Origin: Podospora anserina
Lineage: Eukaryota
Direction of reading: 5' to 3'
Assembly (NCBI GenBank): GCA_017654855.1
Contig: CM030338.1
Location: 372,001 to 436,000, forward strand
Length of the DNA stretch: 64,000 nucleotides
The notes beneath the pieces are model-generated. The model was given only the letters and a program-made list of their open reading frames with translations. It made no database searches and had not been told where the DNA came from. Made by a program: the position numbers and the translations under genes. Below are positions 12,363 through 24,985 of the stretch, piece by piece; the first letter of the stretch is position 1, and each line of letters opens with the position of its first letter.

Positions 12363-14221
12363 TTACACCGCACTATGTCCACGGAATGCATTGCGCTTAC
12401 TCCTTCGTGTGTCTGTCCCGGCAAAAGCAATCCTTTTCAAGTTGAAAACAGGGGCTGGGGGTGATGGAGTCTTGCTACTACTCTCAGCAGCCAGCTGAGA
12501 GTGAGACAAATCCGGACTCGGTGGTGGAATGTCGGCCTTTTCGTCTCTCCTTGCCGAGAGAGTGAAAAAGTCACGGATAAAGCTGTGGTCCAGTTTCCGA
12601 GGCCGCCTGTCCTCAGTCCAGTACCGCTCTTCACTGAGCTCCTTGGACAGATGCTGTCTGAAGAACCGATCCTGCGATACCCACCACGTCCGCCAGAGAA
12701 TAAAGATAATAAAGGTGAGTGGGAGCGCAAGGGCCCAGTAAAGCCAAAATCGTTCTGGCGTTTCGGGCAGCCTATCGCCATCGTATTCCTCGTCATTCCA
12801 TTTTTCAAACATGGCCATGCCAAGGAGGCTGGCGATAAAATCACCCGGAAGGAACAGGGCTGTGATAACAGCTAGTGCTTTGAGGGAAGAGGAATCTCGA
12901 GTCGAGGTAACTGCCATGCGAGCTGTCAAGATATTGTCTTCCTGCTGCATCTTGGCATAGATCTGAAACGCTCCATTAGCACGTTTGGTCAACCATTAGA
13001 GCAGAGCAGACTCACAATATCGATCTGAGATTTGCATCGAACTTCCAACATGTGTCGTTCAGTTTCCAGGCTCTTGCACAGCTGCTGCAGACTCTCGAGG
13101 TACTGCCTGATCTCATGCCAATGGGCTGACATTGGATCCTCAATGATGCGGGCACGAGCAAGACCTGTTACCGTCCGTCCAGATGCCGAGATCAAAGCGC
13201 CCTGAAGGTCGGGGCTGTCAATGTCATTCTCACTCTCGTACCTCACTTCTTCTAGCTCGTCACCTGCCCGCAAAATAACACCAACTGCCCTATCCATCCA
13301 GGTGATTGTGTCCAGCAGCTTGATAGACTTCTTGAAGGCGTCGTGTGCGTTCTTCATAAGTTCAGTGGGCCGCTTTGGATGACTGTACCCGCCGGTTGCA
13401 CCTGAACTGGTCGAATTCGACCGGCTCTTTGGGCGGGAGTCGATCGTTTCGAACCCAGCCATGCGTTCAACATCTTGCTCCACCTTGGAGATGTCCTTCT
13501 CATTCTCAGCCACGGCGCGCTCAGAGAGCAAAAACTGCATCTGGAGCAAAACAACGGGCGTGACCAATGGGTGGGCCCAATGGGGTTTGCAGGCCTGCAT
13601 TCGTTCGCCATACTGCTCCAAGTCATCCACATCATGAATGTGCGGGTCATAGGACTGGCGCAAGAGCATTGTCGCCGTTCGGTCGGGGATGCTGTATGTG
13701 AAAGACATAAAGTCGTAGGCTGGCCGCGGCTCTGTGGAGAAGCAGAGGATGATGCTAAGCTTCTCGTGACGCTGATCCCAAAAAGTGGACTCGGTCGTGG
13801 TCCGGCGGAGATATTGGATTGTCGACGGGTGTAGTTTGAGGGCTTCGTAGTCAGCACGTGTGAGGTTCAGACCGTCGAGCGCGCCCTTTTCATCGGAGCT
13901 ATAGTTCAGTCTGCGCCGCGCTATCACCTGCCTCACACGGCCTCGAAGTGCTGGATGTACGTGGTCGCCCTGGAGCACAAACTCGCCATCTCGGTCCACA
14001 GCATGGTTTTGTCGCAGAGCAAGCTCAAACATTCCACGCCCCTCCCAGTCCTCGGACAAGGCACACCGGCTCACCTCGCCGGCAGAAGACCCCGCCGAGG
14101 TTGGCTGGAACTGCTGGATGCGTGGTCTGGTGAAGGCAGCATACTCGTGGTAGGTAAGCTTTGGCGCGCCTTCGTGCACCAGGATGTCACTTTCAAGGGC
14201 GTCGGTATCGTAATAAAACAT
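12363..14221 (-). CDS. CorA-like transporter-domain membrane protein (fungal type), 2 exons
   Basis: Long helical N-terminal region, then the RDSSSLKALAVITALFLPGDFIASLLGM...FWLYWALALPLTFII two-TM motif typical of fungal CorA-like proteins. Intron ~12964-13015. Confidence 0.75.
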
Positions 14222-15194
14222 GGCTGTGTGCCGTCGCTTCCGTGTGCCGAGAGAGTTGCCCAGAACTTGGGAGCGTCAACCAACGCGTCGCCGGCGGTGT
14301 TTTCAAGCATGTTCAAATCTTTGTGGCGGTGAGATGCCCAGACTTCCACGTGGACATCCATGACAACCCACCCTTGGAAAAGGAGGGGTCGGACGGTGAT
14401 GATCAAATCCACACTTCCAAGGCCGTGGCAGAAAACAAATGGCTGGATCAAAAGACTTTTTTCCATAGCCAATCGTTGGCAAGGCGTCGTTGACGAATAC
14501 CCCACAGAATCCCCACAAGGAGCCGCATCAACCCGTGGCGCTACATCATTTTGGGATGATAGTCCATAATTGCTGTTTTCAGCCTGAACAACTGTCTTCA
14601 CAACATTCACAAACTCATGAGAATTCATAATTAAGGTGCTGAGGCAAGCTTGACAAGCTTTTAGCAACAAGGATCGCTTTCTTGGCGGAGGACGATACAT
14701 GGAAGCTTCAATGTTGTTCATCTGTCCCCAGAAAGGAAACCTGGAAGCTTGGAAGCTGAGATCTTCACCCATCAACGAGAATGATGTTTTCCCTTAGGGC
14801 TCAAGCCACAACAGTGTCCAATTTCCAATTTCCTTTTTTGGAGTCTTCGATGGGCTGGATGGCCTCACACTGTGGCTTTGGGTGTTGCTCAAAAGTCAAG
14901 GCATACCAAACGGAGACGGGTGTAATCTAGTAGGCTTTTAATCCGTCCCCGATGCTTTTCACCACGCTTTCCCATAGAGCAGAGCGGGTACGAACAGTCC
15001 AATAGCTATTTGACCTGTCTTGTAGATAAGTGAACTGCCTCGAAGTATTTGTTTGCACTTTACCACTTGATATACATATAGATAGGTAATCTAATCGACC
15101 ACGCCTTGACTCCTCGCAGTGAAACCTTGACCCTATCATCTCACTCTGTCCTTATTCCTTTAGGTACTTTATACCAAAGCGTGCAAACTCAATC

Positions 15195-15560
15195 ATGACA
15201 ACCGAATCTAACCATATCGGCGCCGAAGCCATGATCGCTCTTGTTGGGGTCTGTTTGGCGGTGCCAGCAGGAGCTGTGGCCCTTTGGAAATGTGTCAAAC
15301 GATTCAGGAAAGGACCCCGTCAGGGAAACTGCGAAGGTAGGAAACACTATCTCCTACTTCAATTGTGGCCACGGCGTGTTGAATCTTCTGTCATTGCAGT
15401 AGGGTATAGTTCCGTTCGCTCTCCTTCCTGCCCTTCTCCAGTTGATCAACAGTGCCACCGTTCAGCATGCCAAGTGCGGCCAAACTTCACCCGAACGACG
15501 ATACATTTACATTATCATTGTGCCCTACCACCCACACCTGCGCAGAAGAAGCTGGCATAA
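15195..15560 (+). CDS. Small hypothetical protein with N-terminal hydrophobic segment
   Basis: EAMIALVGVCLAVPAGAVALW TM-like start followed by a basic patch. Possible in-frame intron ~15337-15398. Confidence 0.4.
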   Translation: MTTESNHIGAEAMIALVGVCLAVPAGAVALWKCVKRFRKGPRQGNCEGRKHYLLLQLWPRRVESSVIAVGYSSVRSPSCPSPVDQQCHRSACQVRPNFTRTTIHLHYHCALPPTPAQKKLA

Positions 15561-15944
15561 GCAATCATCCCTCTCAGTGATTAACGTCTCAGCGATTCAA
15601 ATCAGATAGGTATTCCATTTTCTAATCATGTAGGTATGTTGTACGGCAGCGAAGATCTTGATAATTGTTGTTGTTCTTAAGTACAAGTTAATCAGCTCCA
15701 GAGAGCAACACCTTTTCCATATCCTTTGCATGTGGACCTCAGGGCCAAAGCCCTAAACACCTGACTGCCAACCCACAGGAATATTGCTCCCACAAGGTAC
15801 TTGTTCATGTATGATGCCCTTTCAGCAAACAGCCACGGTCATCTTTTCCCCAGACCATTTCTGCCCACATGTCTCCACCTCACCCTTGACAACGTCTTGG
15901 ACCCCTGAACCCCTGAACCAACCAAAATACGATATAAAGTTTGC

Positions 15945-17942
15945 TCACGCAATCCTCCTCCAAGCAGGCTCCCTCTTTTCCACCTCTTCCCCCTCCCTCC
16001 TCCTCAACCCGCTATCCAGCTTCGGCAGATACGGACTCGTCTTGGCATATCGCCTCCACGCATCGCAATTCGGCACCAGCTGATCCAACGGCATCATCCT
16101 CTTGATCTCATCCTTCCTCTCCAAGAACTGCACCCCCAGACCCATAGCCACATGCCACCCGATATGGCAATGCATCAGCCACACACCAGGGTTATCAGTC
16201 TTGTACCCAATCACCAGCCAGCTATTCCCCGGCATCTGCACCACGTCTCGTCGAATGGGGTTGTTGAACGTGAGCTGGCTTTTCATCGTGTTGATGTTGA
16301 AGGTACCCGACCCGATGCCAAGGGTGAGAAAGTCGTGGCCGTGGAGGTGGATGGGATGGGGCAAGGCGAAGTCGTTTTGGATGACCCAAAAGACCCACTG
16401 GTCGGCTTGGGGGACGTCGATGAGGTTTGCCGCTCCCGGCCAGGAGCTGTTGTTCTCGAGGACGTACTCGAGGATGGGGTGGTCCCACTCGATGTTGATG
16501 GGGGTGTTCTTGACGCGCCACTCAAACACCTGGCCCCGGCCGTGGTTGGGGAACTCGAGGGTGACGGGGAGGGTTCCGACCGCGGAGCCGGCAAAGGCGG
16601 TGGAGGGCACGGTGCGGGTGAGGATGGGAGAGAAGCCGGTCTCGCCGTTGCAGGTGGCGACACGGGAAGTGCCGCGGTTCGTCGGGAGGGCGGTGGTGCT
16701 CGCGCCTTGGTAGCTGATAATGGCGGCCGGGAAAAGATTACGGGATCGACCGCAGTTGTTGTTGGCTTCGAGAGTGGCATTAAGCCAGTAGTTGCCCACA
16801 GCTTGGTTGGCCTCGATGATGACATCGTAGCGCTGGCCCACGGCCATGAAAAGGGAAGAGCGCACGACTGGATTGACTGGAACAAGGTCGTTCGTAATCA
16901 CGGTGAAGTTGTGGCCTACGAGAGAGATAACAAAGGAGTTGTCGACACTGGCATTGATGAGGCGGAGAAGATGTTTCTTGCCGGGGGTGAGAGTGAGACG
17001 GTCGTAAGAGCCCCCACGGCTTGCGCCAAGTGGATGAATGTTCTTGCCTCTGAAGAGGATATTGTCGCTGTCAGGAGGAGGGCCATTGCTGACCAACTCG
17101 GCTCGCAGGTGAAGTCGATCAGCAGTTTCGTGATAGTAGTCATTGATCATGTAAGGGCCGAGGTCGATGTCATAGTTGGCCGCTGCAGGGCCACGCACGA
17201 TCAAGGGTCCTACAACACCATTACCATATTGGTTGGAATAATGGCTGTGATACCACGAGGTGCCATATTGGGTGACGTGGAAATCATATGTCTTCATGGA
17301 TCCAGGTGGGATAGGACACTCGGTCACTCCGTTGGCACCATCCTGGTTACTTTCGCCGTACTGGCGAATTCCATGCCAATGAATAGACGTTCTGTTCACG
17401 AGTCAGAAATTAATACAACTGCCATTGACGGTAAGTATATCGTACCCGTTGTCTTGCATGTCATTGTACACATTGACAATGATATAGTCACCCCAATCAG
17501 CTTCAATCGTGGGTCCAGGGAATTGGTCTGCCAGCATGTTAGAAAGCGACATCAGACAAGAGTGAATGGATGATAACGTGCTATTGATGAGCATCGCTGG
17601 TTTCCTGACACCATCCGGACCAAGCCAATTTGTGACATTGGTGATGTGAAAGTCGTACTATACAAAGTATGAGTTCAAGTCAAAAGTTCGGGATAAGATG
17701 AGGGGACCACCTACCACTCGGTTGTTAAATGCTGGTGGGTTGATGTTGTCATAATCTGTGCTGATGTTCCAGTTATTCTTCCAACACCGTCGATTTGTGG
17801 CATTATTTTGCCCGCATGGCTTGCCTCCGGGTATGATGGTCTGCCGGGGGAGGAGGTGTATGACTGGAGAGGGTGCTGGTGAAGCCACAACTAGTGCAGC
17901 AGTGGCCAGCAATACTGCCGAAACTTTGGTGAGCCCCAACAT
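15945..17942 (-). CDS. Laccase (multicopper oxidase, AA1), multi-exon, secreted
   Basis: Signal peptide, all four copper motifs (HWHG, WYHSH, HPIHLHGH, HCHIGWH), C-terminal LDSGL followed by a basic extension. Confidence 0.96.
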
Positions 17943-19926
17943 GATGATGGACTTGAAGAAGGCAAAGGTTTTGATAAAGTAGGTAGGTAGACAAGAGGGT
18001 CATGAGAACCATGGTGGTGAAGGAGCCCAGATTTATACCTGTTCCCTTTACGATGCGGCACGGACAGGCGGTGCTACTGGCCTACCTTCACAGCATGATC
18101 GGATGCACAGAACACCATAGTATCTTGTCTCGTTTCCGTCTTGCATCCCAAGATAGTACCCCCAATGTTCTCGGTACTGCATGTTTACGGCCTCTGGCTT
18201 GAAACCAAGTCCGAAGTTCGCAGCCCACTTGTCAGAGACGGGATTTTAGGACAGGGGGATGCAGATCCCAGTCTGCTTGTGAGCCTTGGCTGCTTTTCCG
18301 TTAGTCCACCACATGACGCATGTCAGAGCATGAACTATCTCTCACAACTTGTTGGTGATGGTGAAGTGGGCAGCCGGCCCGGTAAGACGGTCCGAGTCCA
18401 TGGTTAGCTGAGGGACCCTGACTTTGATGGAAAATACGGGCCTATGAAAGCGTGTCACAAGCGAGAATAAGGTAAAAGGTAACAAGCCACAATGCAAGAC
18501 GAGCAGCAATAGTCTGCCTCGAGTTTGTGAGGCTGAGGGAACCCGTCTCTTCTCTGCATGGAACTACCAGGGGGTCAGCATCAGCTTGGTTCGAGGAGGA
18601 CTGATAGGATGCGCCAACGCATTCCAGTCCATGTACAACCGGCACCGTAGAGTGTGTTTGGGTCCCGGAAAGCCAAGATTGGACTACATATAGAGACCGG
18701 ATGGTGCCGTGTGGGGGTCAGCCATTCCAGTCAAAGAAGACCTTCAGCGTGCTATCAACACTTGAGACGAATGCGCGGTTGCTCTGATAGTGGAGGCTCA
18801 AGGCAACCACTTCTGCCAGTCAAGCAGTGTTGACCATCTGATTACGACCTCATGAGAAGCGACGGTCCCGAGTGCAAGACAAAGTTGCCGTTACTATTTT
18901 TGGTCTTGATCAGGGCTACCGTAGGTAGGTGCGGGATGTCTGTCAATGACAGACAGATATGTGTTCCGAGGAAGTTGGCCAATCATGTGTAGTTGACAAC
19001 TCGAAGCAAGTATTCGTAGCACCGGCTCTGCCGACAGTACTACCGTGGCTCGTGTTTCATTCATGTTCGCTTACGAACTACCTTCTCTCTGATGGGCAGG
19101 CAACACGGCATTTAGATTAATCGACGGGCAGACTGCAACAGCACGTTGTACGCCTAGTGCCAGAATTGGGAAGGTGTCAAATATGCATGGTGTGCGAATG
19201 CGACCGCTCTCCAGGCGTATTTCTCACCCGCAGTCGCCAGGTCTAGTTCACAGATATTCGGCACCGAGTTTCGGTCAGAGACTCAGTGGATGCCGATCCC
19301 AAGCTATTGGTAAATAGTGCCGTAGGTCTGCGTCGTGATCCTCCAAGAATACGGCCCATTCATGACGCGATGGGGAGCTGCTGCCTTTATCCGCCCCTGA
19401 ATCGGAGGGGTCCATTTACCCGGATTCACGAACCAGTTAGAGACAAGGCCACCATTGTTCCAGACTTCGGTGTTTACTTCTATGGGTGCACGAAAATGGC
19501 CAAAGGTCATGACAGTACCAAGTTTGCCAAATACCTGGTTGCTACTGACCAAAAAACGTGGGATCCTACAAAGTTGAAAGCCCTCAATTTCAGGAGTTGC
19601 TTCCCGGTTTCCCGCAATGCTGGGAACTGATCGACGATGAATCTCCAAAATAGGACTGTTGAAGTGTGAGTGGCGTGAATGAATGTGATTGGGCTGATAG
19701 GGGTTGCCCGGTTTATATTGCGTGCAGGAACTCATCAAAATGGTGATGGAACCTTAGCCAGCTTACCGGGTCAAACGAGCTCCCCTTAATCAACTGAGAG
19801 TACTCGCCTCTAGCCGTTTAATCTGGCACTTGAGATGTGACATCACTAATGTTTGCTGTGAGTTTGAAACTGCGGTGCTGCGTGATGTGACGACAAGCCC
19901 AATCCCAAAAAGTTGGAATAGAGAAA

Positions 19927-20499
19927 GAGAGAGGCTCGCCGTACTATGCGACCTGTCAATCCGTACTATGTGGAGCAGGCCCAATGTACTTTTTGACTGT
20001 CAACCCGTAGTTTTTTATATGGGAAATACCCCCTTTTTAGTCCGTCGTACTCCTACCGTTCCTCCTCTCCGTTACCGTTACCATCATCCATACCCACAAC
20101 GCACCTCCCCGCCGTTAATTTTGAAGCTATGAATAAGTGCGAGACTATACTGAGCCTTCGTTGTGCGCGTAGTATGCTTCGAGACACTCCTACTGGCGCG
20201 CCTTTGAGCCGTTAAACTAGGGGTGCTACCCTACCTATCTATAATTATTAAAGGTAGTGGGGAAGGGAATAAGTAGTGATTTGGTTAGTAAATTAGGTAA
20301 GTTGGTTAAAGCTAAATAGAAAGGCCGTTAATTATAACAAAGGTAGAGCGGAATGGAAGTTATGGGTGTATTGCAGTGTGATGGAAACAAGGAGTATTGA
20401 ACGATGTTGTGACACCTGTAGGATTAGGGATATGTATGGGAAAAAAGACGCCCTACATAGTACGAATTGACATGTCGCATAGTACGGCGAGCCTATCTC
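19927..20499. mobile_element. Non-autonomous DNA transposon / MITE (~573 bp) with ~45-bp terminal inverted repeats
   Basis: 19932-19971 and the reverse complement of 20455-20494 match at 38/40 positions and extend outward to GAGA. Flanks TAGAGAAA (19919-19926) and TAAAGAAA (20500-20507) form an 8-bp duplication with 1 mismatch. Interior is AT/TpA-rich and non-coding. Confidence 0.85.
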
Positions 20500-20828
20500 T
20501 AAAGAAAATGCTGTAACCTAACTTTAGCGTCGCAAAAGAGTACATGGTGATAGGTCAGCTTCCAGATGGGTTGAAGTGAACAATGAACAAAGAGAAACAA
20601 TAATGCCTTTGTTAGTATGCGTCTCAACCGCCACAATGCAATTGTCCAGATGAGCTGTGGAGATGGAAATGTGGGATTGAGCGTGATCCCTTAAAAGGTA
20701 TACCATGTTCGATCTGATTTGAACAGTTTTCCTAAAGTTGATGATATTTTCGAATTCCTAAGACACTCCAAACATTTTTACACACAACAAACTTTACCAC
20801 TAGGTACCTAACAGAACCCAAAGCCTCT

Positions 20829-21878
20829 ATGATGGCTAAAGTTACAGCCAACTCGCCAGACGATGAATGCAGACATTACGCCAGCACTGCAGTACCGATA
20901 GTTATGGCTTCAATAGCCTGGGCTGTGCATAATGGCCTCCAAGATTTGCTATCGGCCTGGGAGATTTATCTGATCGTCCTGTTCGCCTGGGTTCTTGTCT
21001 TGTCCATAGCAACTCGCGTTACACTCTACACAAAGTCCAGCACCAAACCCGCAGACCTTGCCTACGAAGTATCAAACGTCAGTTACGAAGATGTTTGTGG
21101 ATATCTAGAAGATGGCTGCCCGCGGACCAGATGCCTACACAACATATGGTCCGACTATGAGCCAGTGCCGACGACGGATCAACCCCAATGTAATGATGAA
21201 GAACCCAAAACACCAAGCATATGGGACGGAAAGGCCGAATTTTCATGCACCTTATCGGATGGCGAGATCATCCCTAATGATTCTGTCACGCAGCATGGAA
21301 TTATAGGCTGGGAAATCAGGGTGCTCATGATCCAACACGACAAGCTCCAAAAGCGACGACTCGAAAAGGCTGCCAAGAATAAATCTGGCTTCCCAGAGTT
21401 CAAGTACTGGCCTCGAGATCCTTCTTTGGCCTACAAACAAAACTGGAGTAACTGGTATGCCGCCCGCAAGGAATACTGGCGTTTGCATCCACCTTCGGAG
21501 GAGGAACTCGCAGAGGAACGGCAAAGAAGAAAGGAACAGGAAGAGAGAATCGAGAAGAGGTGGTATGAGAAGCATGGGATTCCTAGGCCTGCTCCCTTAC
21601 CAAAGATCTGCGTCGTCGATGTGGAAGGGAAGGTGGAAGATCTGGATGGGATGATTGGCTGTGGTAACGCATGCAGGCGCGTTGAGGAGAGTTACCGGAA
21701 GCCCGGAGTGGATGAAGCGTTTCTGTGGCCTTATTGGACACCAAAAAATGCCCAAGAAGAGTGGGAGGGCACCCTAATTGATGAAGGGGAAGAAGTTGAA
21801 GATTTGTGGACAAGTTTCGGCTATAAGCACGACGAATTGAAGGCTCGGTTGGTGTGGGACGATCTTCAGACGTGTTAA
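20829..21878 (+). CDS. Hypothetical protein with N-terminal TM segments and charged coiled-coil (349 aa)
   Basis: Long uninterrupted ORF with protein-like composition. No family recognised. Confidence 0.6.
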   Translation: MMAKVTANSPDDECRHYASTAVPIVMASIAWAVHNGLQDLLSAWEIYLIVLFAWVLVLSIATRVTLYTKSSTKPADLAYEVSNVSYEDVCGYLEDGCPRTRCLHNIWSDYEPVPTTDQPQCNDEEPKTPSIWDGKAEFSCTLSDGEIIPNDSVTQHGIIGWEIRVLMIQHDKLQKRRLEKAAKNKSGFPEFKYWPRDPSLAYKQNWSNWYAARKEYWRLHPPSEEELAEERQRRKEQEERIEKRWYEKHGIPRPAPLPKICVVDVEGKVEDLDGMIGCGNACRRVEESYRKPGVDEAFLWPYWTPKNAQEEWEGTLIDEGEEVEDLWTSFGYKHDELKARLVWDDLQTC

Positions 21879-22259
21879 GATGGGACAGCCCTGAGAGTGG
21901 CAAGTTGCTGGCCGATTTTACCGTGGAGATAATGAATTGAAAATGTTAAGAACAATACCAAAGAGAGTTTCAGAACCCTGGTGTGAAAGACGTGAAGCTT
22001 GGCCATATGAACCCTCAATTGTGTGGCGAGGTTTTCGGCGGATGACTCAGTGGCCGCGGCCAGGGCACACCGAACCCAGCTTTTGCGGGGGGTTGCTCCT
22101 TCTTGCTCTCAACACGGATATGCCCAAACGTGAGCTATAAGCACATGGCGCCTTGTTTCAGTCCAAATCATTTTAATTGTCTAATACCATCAGCCTTTTT
22201 TTACCCCAGGTACACGACACAATCTTTTGGGTGATTCTCAACCTACACCAACCACGACG

Positions 22260-23018
22260 ATGGAGCCACAGCCACCATCTCCGCCATCTCCTGCCAGCAG
22301 CGCTCTAAAAACTATTGCCAAATACAAACAACGTTCTTTCGACACCTCACTCAACTCCCACATTCCCCTCCTCGAGTCCGCAAAAAACCCCTCCTCTCCT
22401 GACGTTGTTCTCATAGGAGACTCCATGATCGAACGGATGCTCACCACCGCCAACTGCGGCCCCAACCTCGTCTCGCCTTGGCCATCACAAACCATGCTTC
22501 CAAAGGATAACAGCAAGCAGTTTCAAGCAGGCCGAGTTCTCAACTTGGGAGTGGGAGGTGACAAGATACAGAATGTGGCCTACCGCCTGGTTGGTGACCC
22601 AACACATCGTCTCAAAAGTGTTGCAGACATGTTGGCCGCGCGGAGAAGTGTAAAGCTGTGGGTTTTACAGGTTGGGACTAATAACCTGAGCCCCAAGAAA
22701 GGGCTGGGAGATGGAGATGTCGATGCTCTAAGGGCCTTGGTTGAGGCCCTGCTGGACATAGGAGCAAAGGGTTGTAAGGTGTTAGTGACGGGATTGTTCT
22801 TGCGAAAGGATATACCCTGGGAGAAGATTCAACAGGCGAATGAAAAGATTCATCAAGTGGTAGAGAATTTTGCGAGTGGCCACCCAGCAAGTGTGTTGTG
22901 GCTTCCTGCGACAGAGGAGGTCAAGGAGGAACACTTGGTAGACCACGTGCATTTGAGCGAGGCTGGATACAAAATATGGATTGGGAGGTCACTGGCTGAC
23001 GAGACTATGAGGGTATGA
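22260..23018 (+). CDS. SGNH/GDSL hydrolase (PAF-acetylhydrolase IB-like)
   Basis: Blocks GDSM, NLGVGGD, GTNN and DHVHL. Confidence 0.88.
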   Translation: MEPQPPSPPSPASSALKTIAKYKQRSFDTSLNSHIPLLESAKNPSSPDVVLIGDSMIERMLTTANCGPNLVSPWPSQTMLPKDNSKQFQAGRVLNLGVGGDKIQNVAYRLVGDPTHRLKSVADMLAARRSVKLWVLQVGTNNLSPKKGLGDGDVDALRALVEALLDIGAKGCKVLVTGLFLRKDIPWEKIQQANEKIHQVVENFASGHPASVLWLPATEEVKEEHLVDHVHLSEAGYKIWIGRSLADETMRV

Positions 23019-23150
23019 GTATGGCAGAATGCACAGCCAAGGATTAAGAACTGGACTATTGAACAGTCATGAAGGTTGTATTTTCTGTCAATGGAGCTAT
23101 AGTGTTGTTGGCCTCTGCGCCAGCCATTGCTCTTCAGTAAAATACCTTAC

Positions 23151-23691
23151 CTATTTCTTTTCCAGATGATTCTCATTTTGAACTTTCTTCACCACCAGGA
23201 CGGGCTGCCCCTTGGCAGCCGCCTCCTTCTCAGCAAGCAGCTTCTTTTCCTTTCCTCCCCAGTAATGCCAATCCATGAAGCGGTAGCCTTGCACGCTTTG
23301 AGCAGTGGCATTAATGGTGTGGCAGCCGAACAAAAGACGGTTGGGTGGTATGACAGCAAGCGAGAAACGCATGAACGTGAAGGCGTAAACGATGAGGGCG
23401 CAGGTCATCTTGCCGGATATTCTGAGCGCTTTTGTTAGTGTCTGTTCACTGTTATGGTGAACACTCACAAGTCAGGGCTCTTCTGCGTATCCGCTATGGC
23501 CGCGAGAGGAATGGTGAAGTTGGAAGCCGGGCCCCAAAAGTCTGCACGCATTGACGCCGGTCAGTTTTTTGGTCCTGAGTGCGGCCAGGTCACGTAGGTA
23601 GGGAGGTGGACTTACGCGTCGAGCAAAAGTAATCGGTCCAGGGATTGGACCTGATCTTGGCATTTGCCGCCTTGATGAACACAGAGGCCAT
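23151..23691 (-). CDS. MPC1: Mitochondrial pyruvate carrier subunit 1, 3 exons
   Basis: Spliced product reads DYFCST|HFWGPASNF...IADTQKSP|..ISGKMTCAL...FMRFSLAVIPPN.LLFGCH, the MPC1 signature. Confidence 0.92.
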
Positions 23692-24508
23692 TGTTGATAC
23701 TTGATGTCGACGTTCAATGGTATGGTATTGAAGAACAAGTGAAAGACGAAGGGTGCGTGAATCCTCCCGCAGACTCCGGTTCGGAGAAAGAGGGGCAGTA
23801 TTGGTGAGGTAATTCATGTTACACAGCCAAGGGGAATTTTGCGCTCCGATATCAGATCCGGCATTTACCCTTCTCTTTCTCTCTCGCCGTCACGTGGATG
23901 GCTGAGTCGCATCTTTTCTTCAGCAGGACAATCCTTTTCATATGTCAACCTTTGCGCTCTTGCAGGCTGGGAGGTGCGTACGCAGGTGCTATGGTCAAGG
24001 AAGCGCTTTAGGCTTGTCAATAGGGCTGTGCTAGCTCTGCCATTCTGTTCGTGGGATTTGGAACTGATCGCAGATTAAAAATGGAAGCAGAAGGCGGTAG
24101 TCATGTTTTATAAAATGACTTTGGCGTAGGTTTGCAGTGCTCCCAGTGGTTGCTGTTCCCGGGATGCGGGAGGGCCTGAGGATCGCCGGCCGGCCACATG
24201 CGGCCAGCCTGGCTGGGTTCAGAGGCGCAACCAAGACCTCGGCGGCTACTACGTCCTTGAACCGCCAGCCTGGTTAGGGTGTACACGTCAGATGTTTGGG
24301 CGTTGTTCTTTAAGGTTGAACATGTCCTTGGCTTCGGGCATGTCGATATCGACATGTCAGGTGTCTCAGTTCTGATGTATTGTTGATGTTGAGACTATCT
24401 TTGTACTCTCAGCTTCGTGACAGCCTTTAATGCGTTTTCGGTTTCTCACCTTTGGCATACATCCACCGACAAATAACTGTTAATACGACAAAATTCCACT
24501 CAGCCGGC

Positions 24509-24732
24509 ATGCGAGCCGCTATCGTCTTCCTCGCTACGTTCATTGCCCTGGCGGCAGCAGCACCGGAGATGACCATGGAGAAGCTTCAGGAGCGGGCGCT
24601 CTGTGTAAGTACCTTCAACCTTTCCACAGGAAGGCGCGCATTCCAGCTAGCCGTAACTAATAGGTAAATGTACAGGAGTGCAATGAAAACCGCTGCCGTG
24701 GCCCGAGTTGCTGTGCGAACGGAACGTGCTGA
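24509..24732 (+). CDS. Small secreted cysteine-rich peptide precursor (50 aa), 2 exons
   Basis: Exon 1 24509-24604 MRAAIVFLATFIALAAAAPEMTMEKLQERALC, intron 24605-24675 (GTAAGT..CTAA..CAG), exon 2 ECNENRCRGPSCCANGTC*. Confidence 0.8.
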
Positions 24733-24985
24733 TAATTCCTGCTATCGACAGGGTCAGCAAGTACACAAGACTCGAAAATACTTACGAGAATACGATGTAC
24801 GTTGTAACGACTTGGAAATGGGCTTTCGGCGCTTGTGTATTGGCTTTGGGAATAGGACTTGGTGACAAGAATAAGGTGGAGTTTTGGTGAAATGGGGACC
24901 TAGTGTTCCAGCTTCAAAAATTTATTGAAAGTCTATTTTTCCATGCTTAAAACATCTCAGCTCAGAAAAGGTTCCCTCTCAGTAG

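Noticed and set aside
16152-17573. 473-aa plus-strand ORF, and similar long antisense ORFs over the catalase (5796-6785), P450, 2OG oxygenase and 26428-27171
   Set aside because: Antisense shadows of GC3-biased real genes; no recognisable motifs.
19286-19738. Overlapping 114-aa and 144-aa ORFs upstream of the MITE
   Set aside because: Non-ATG or weak starts, no transposase or other recognisable motif.
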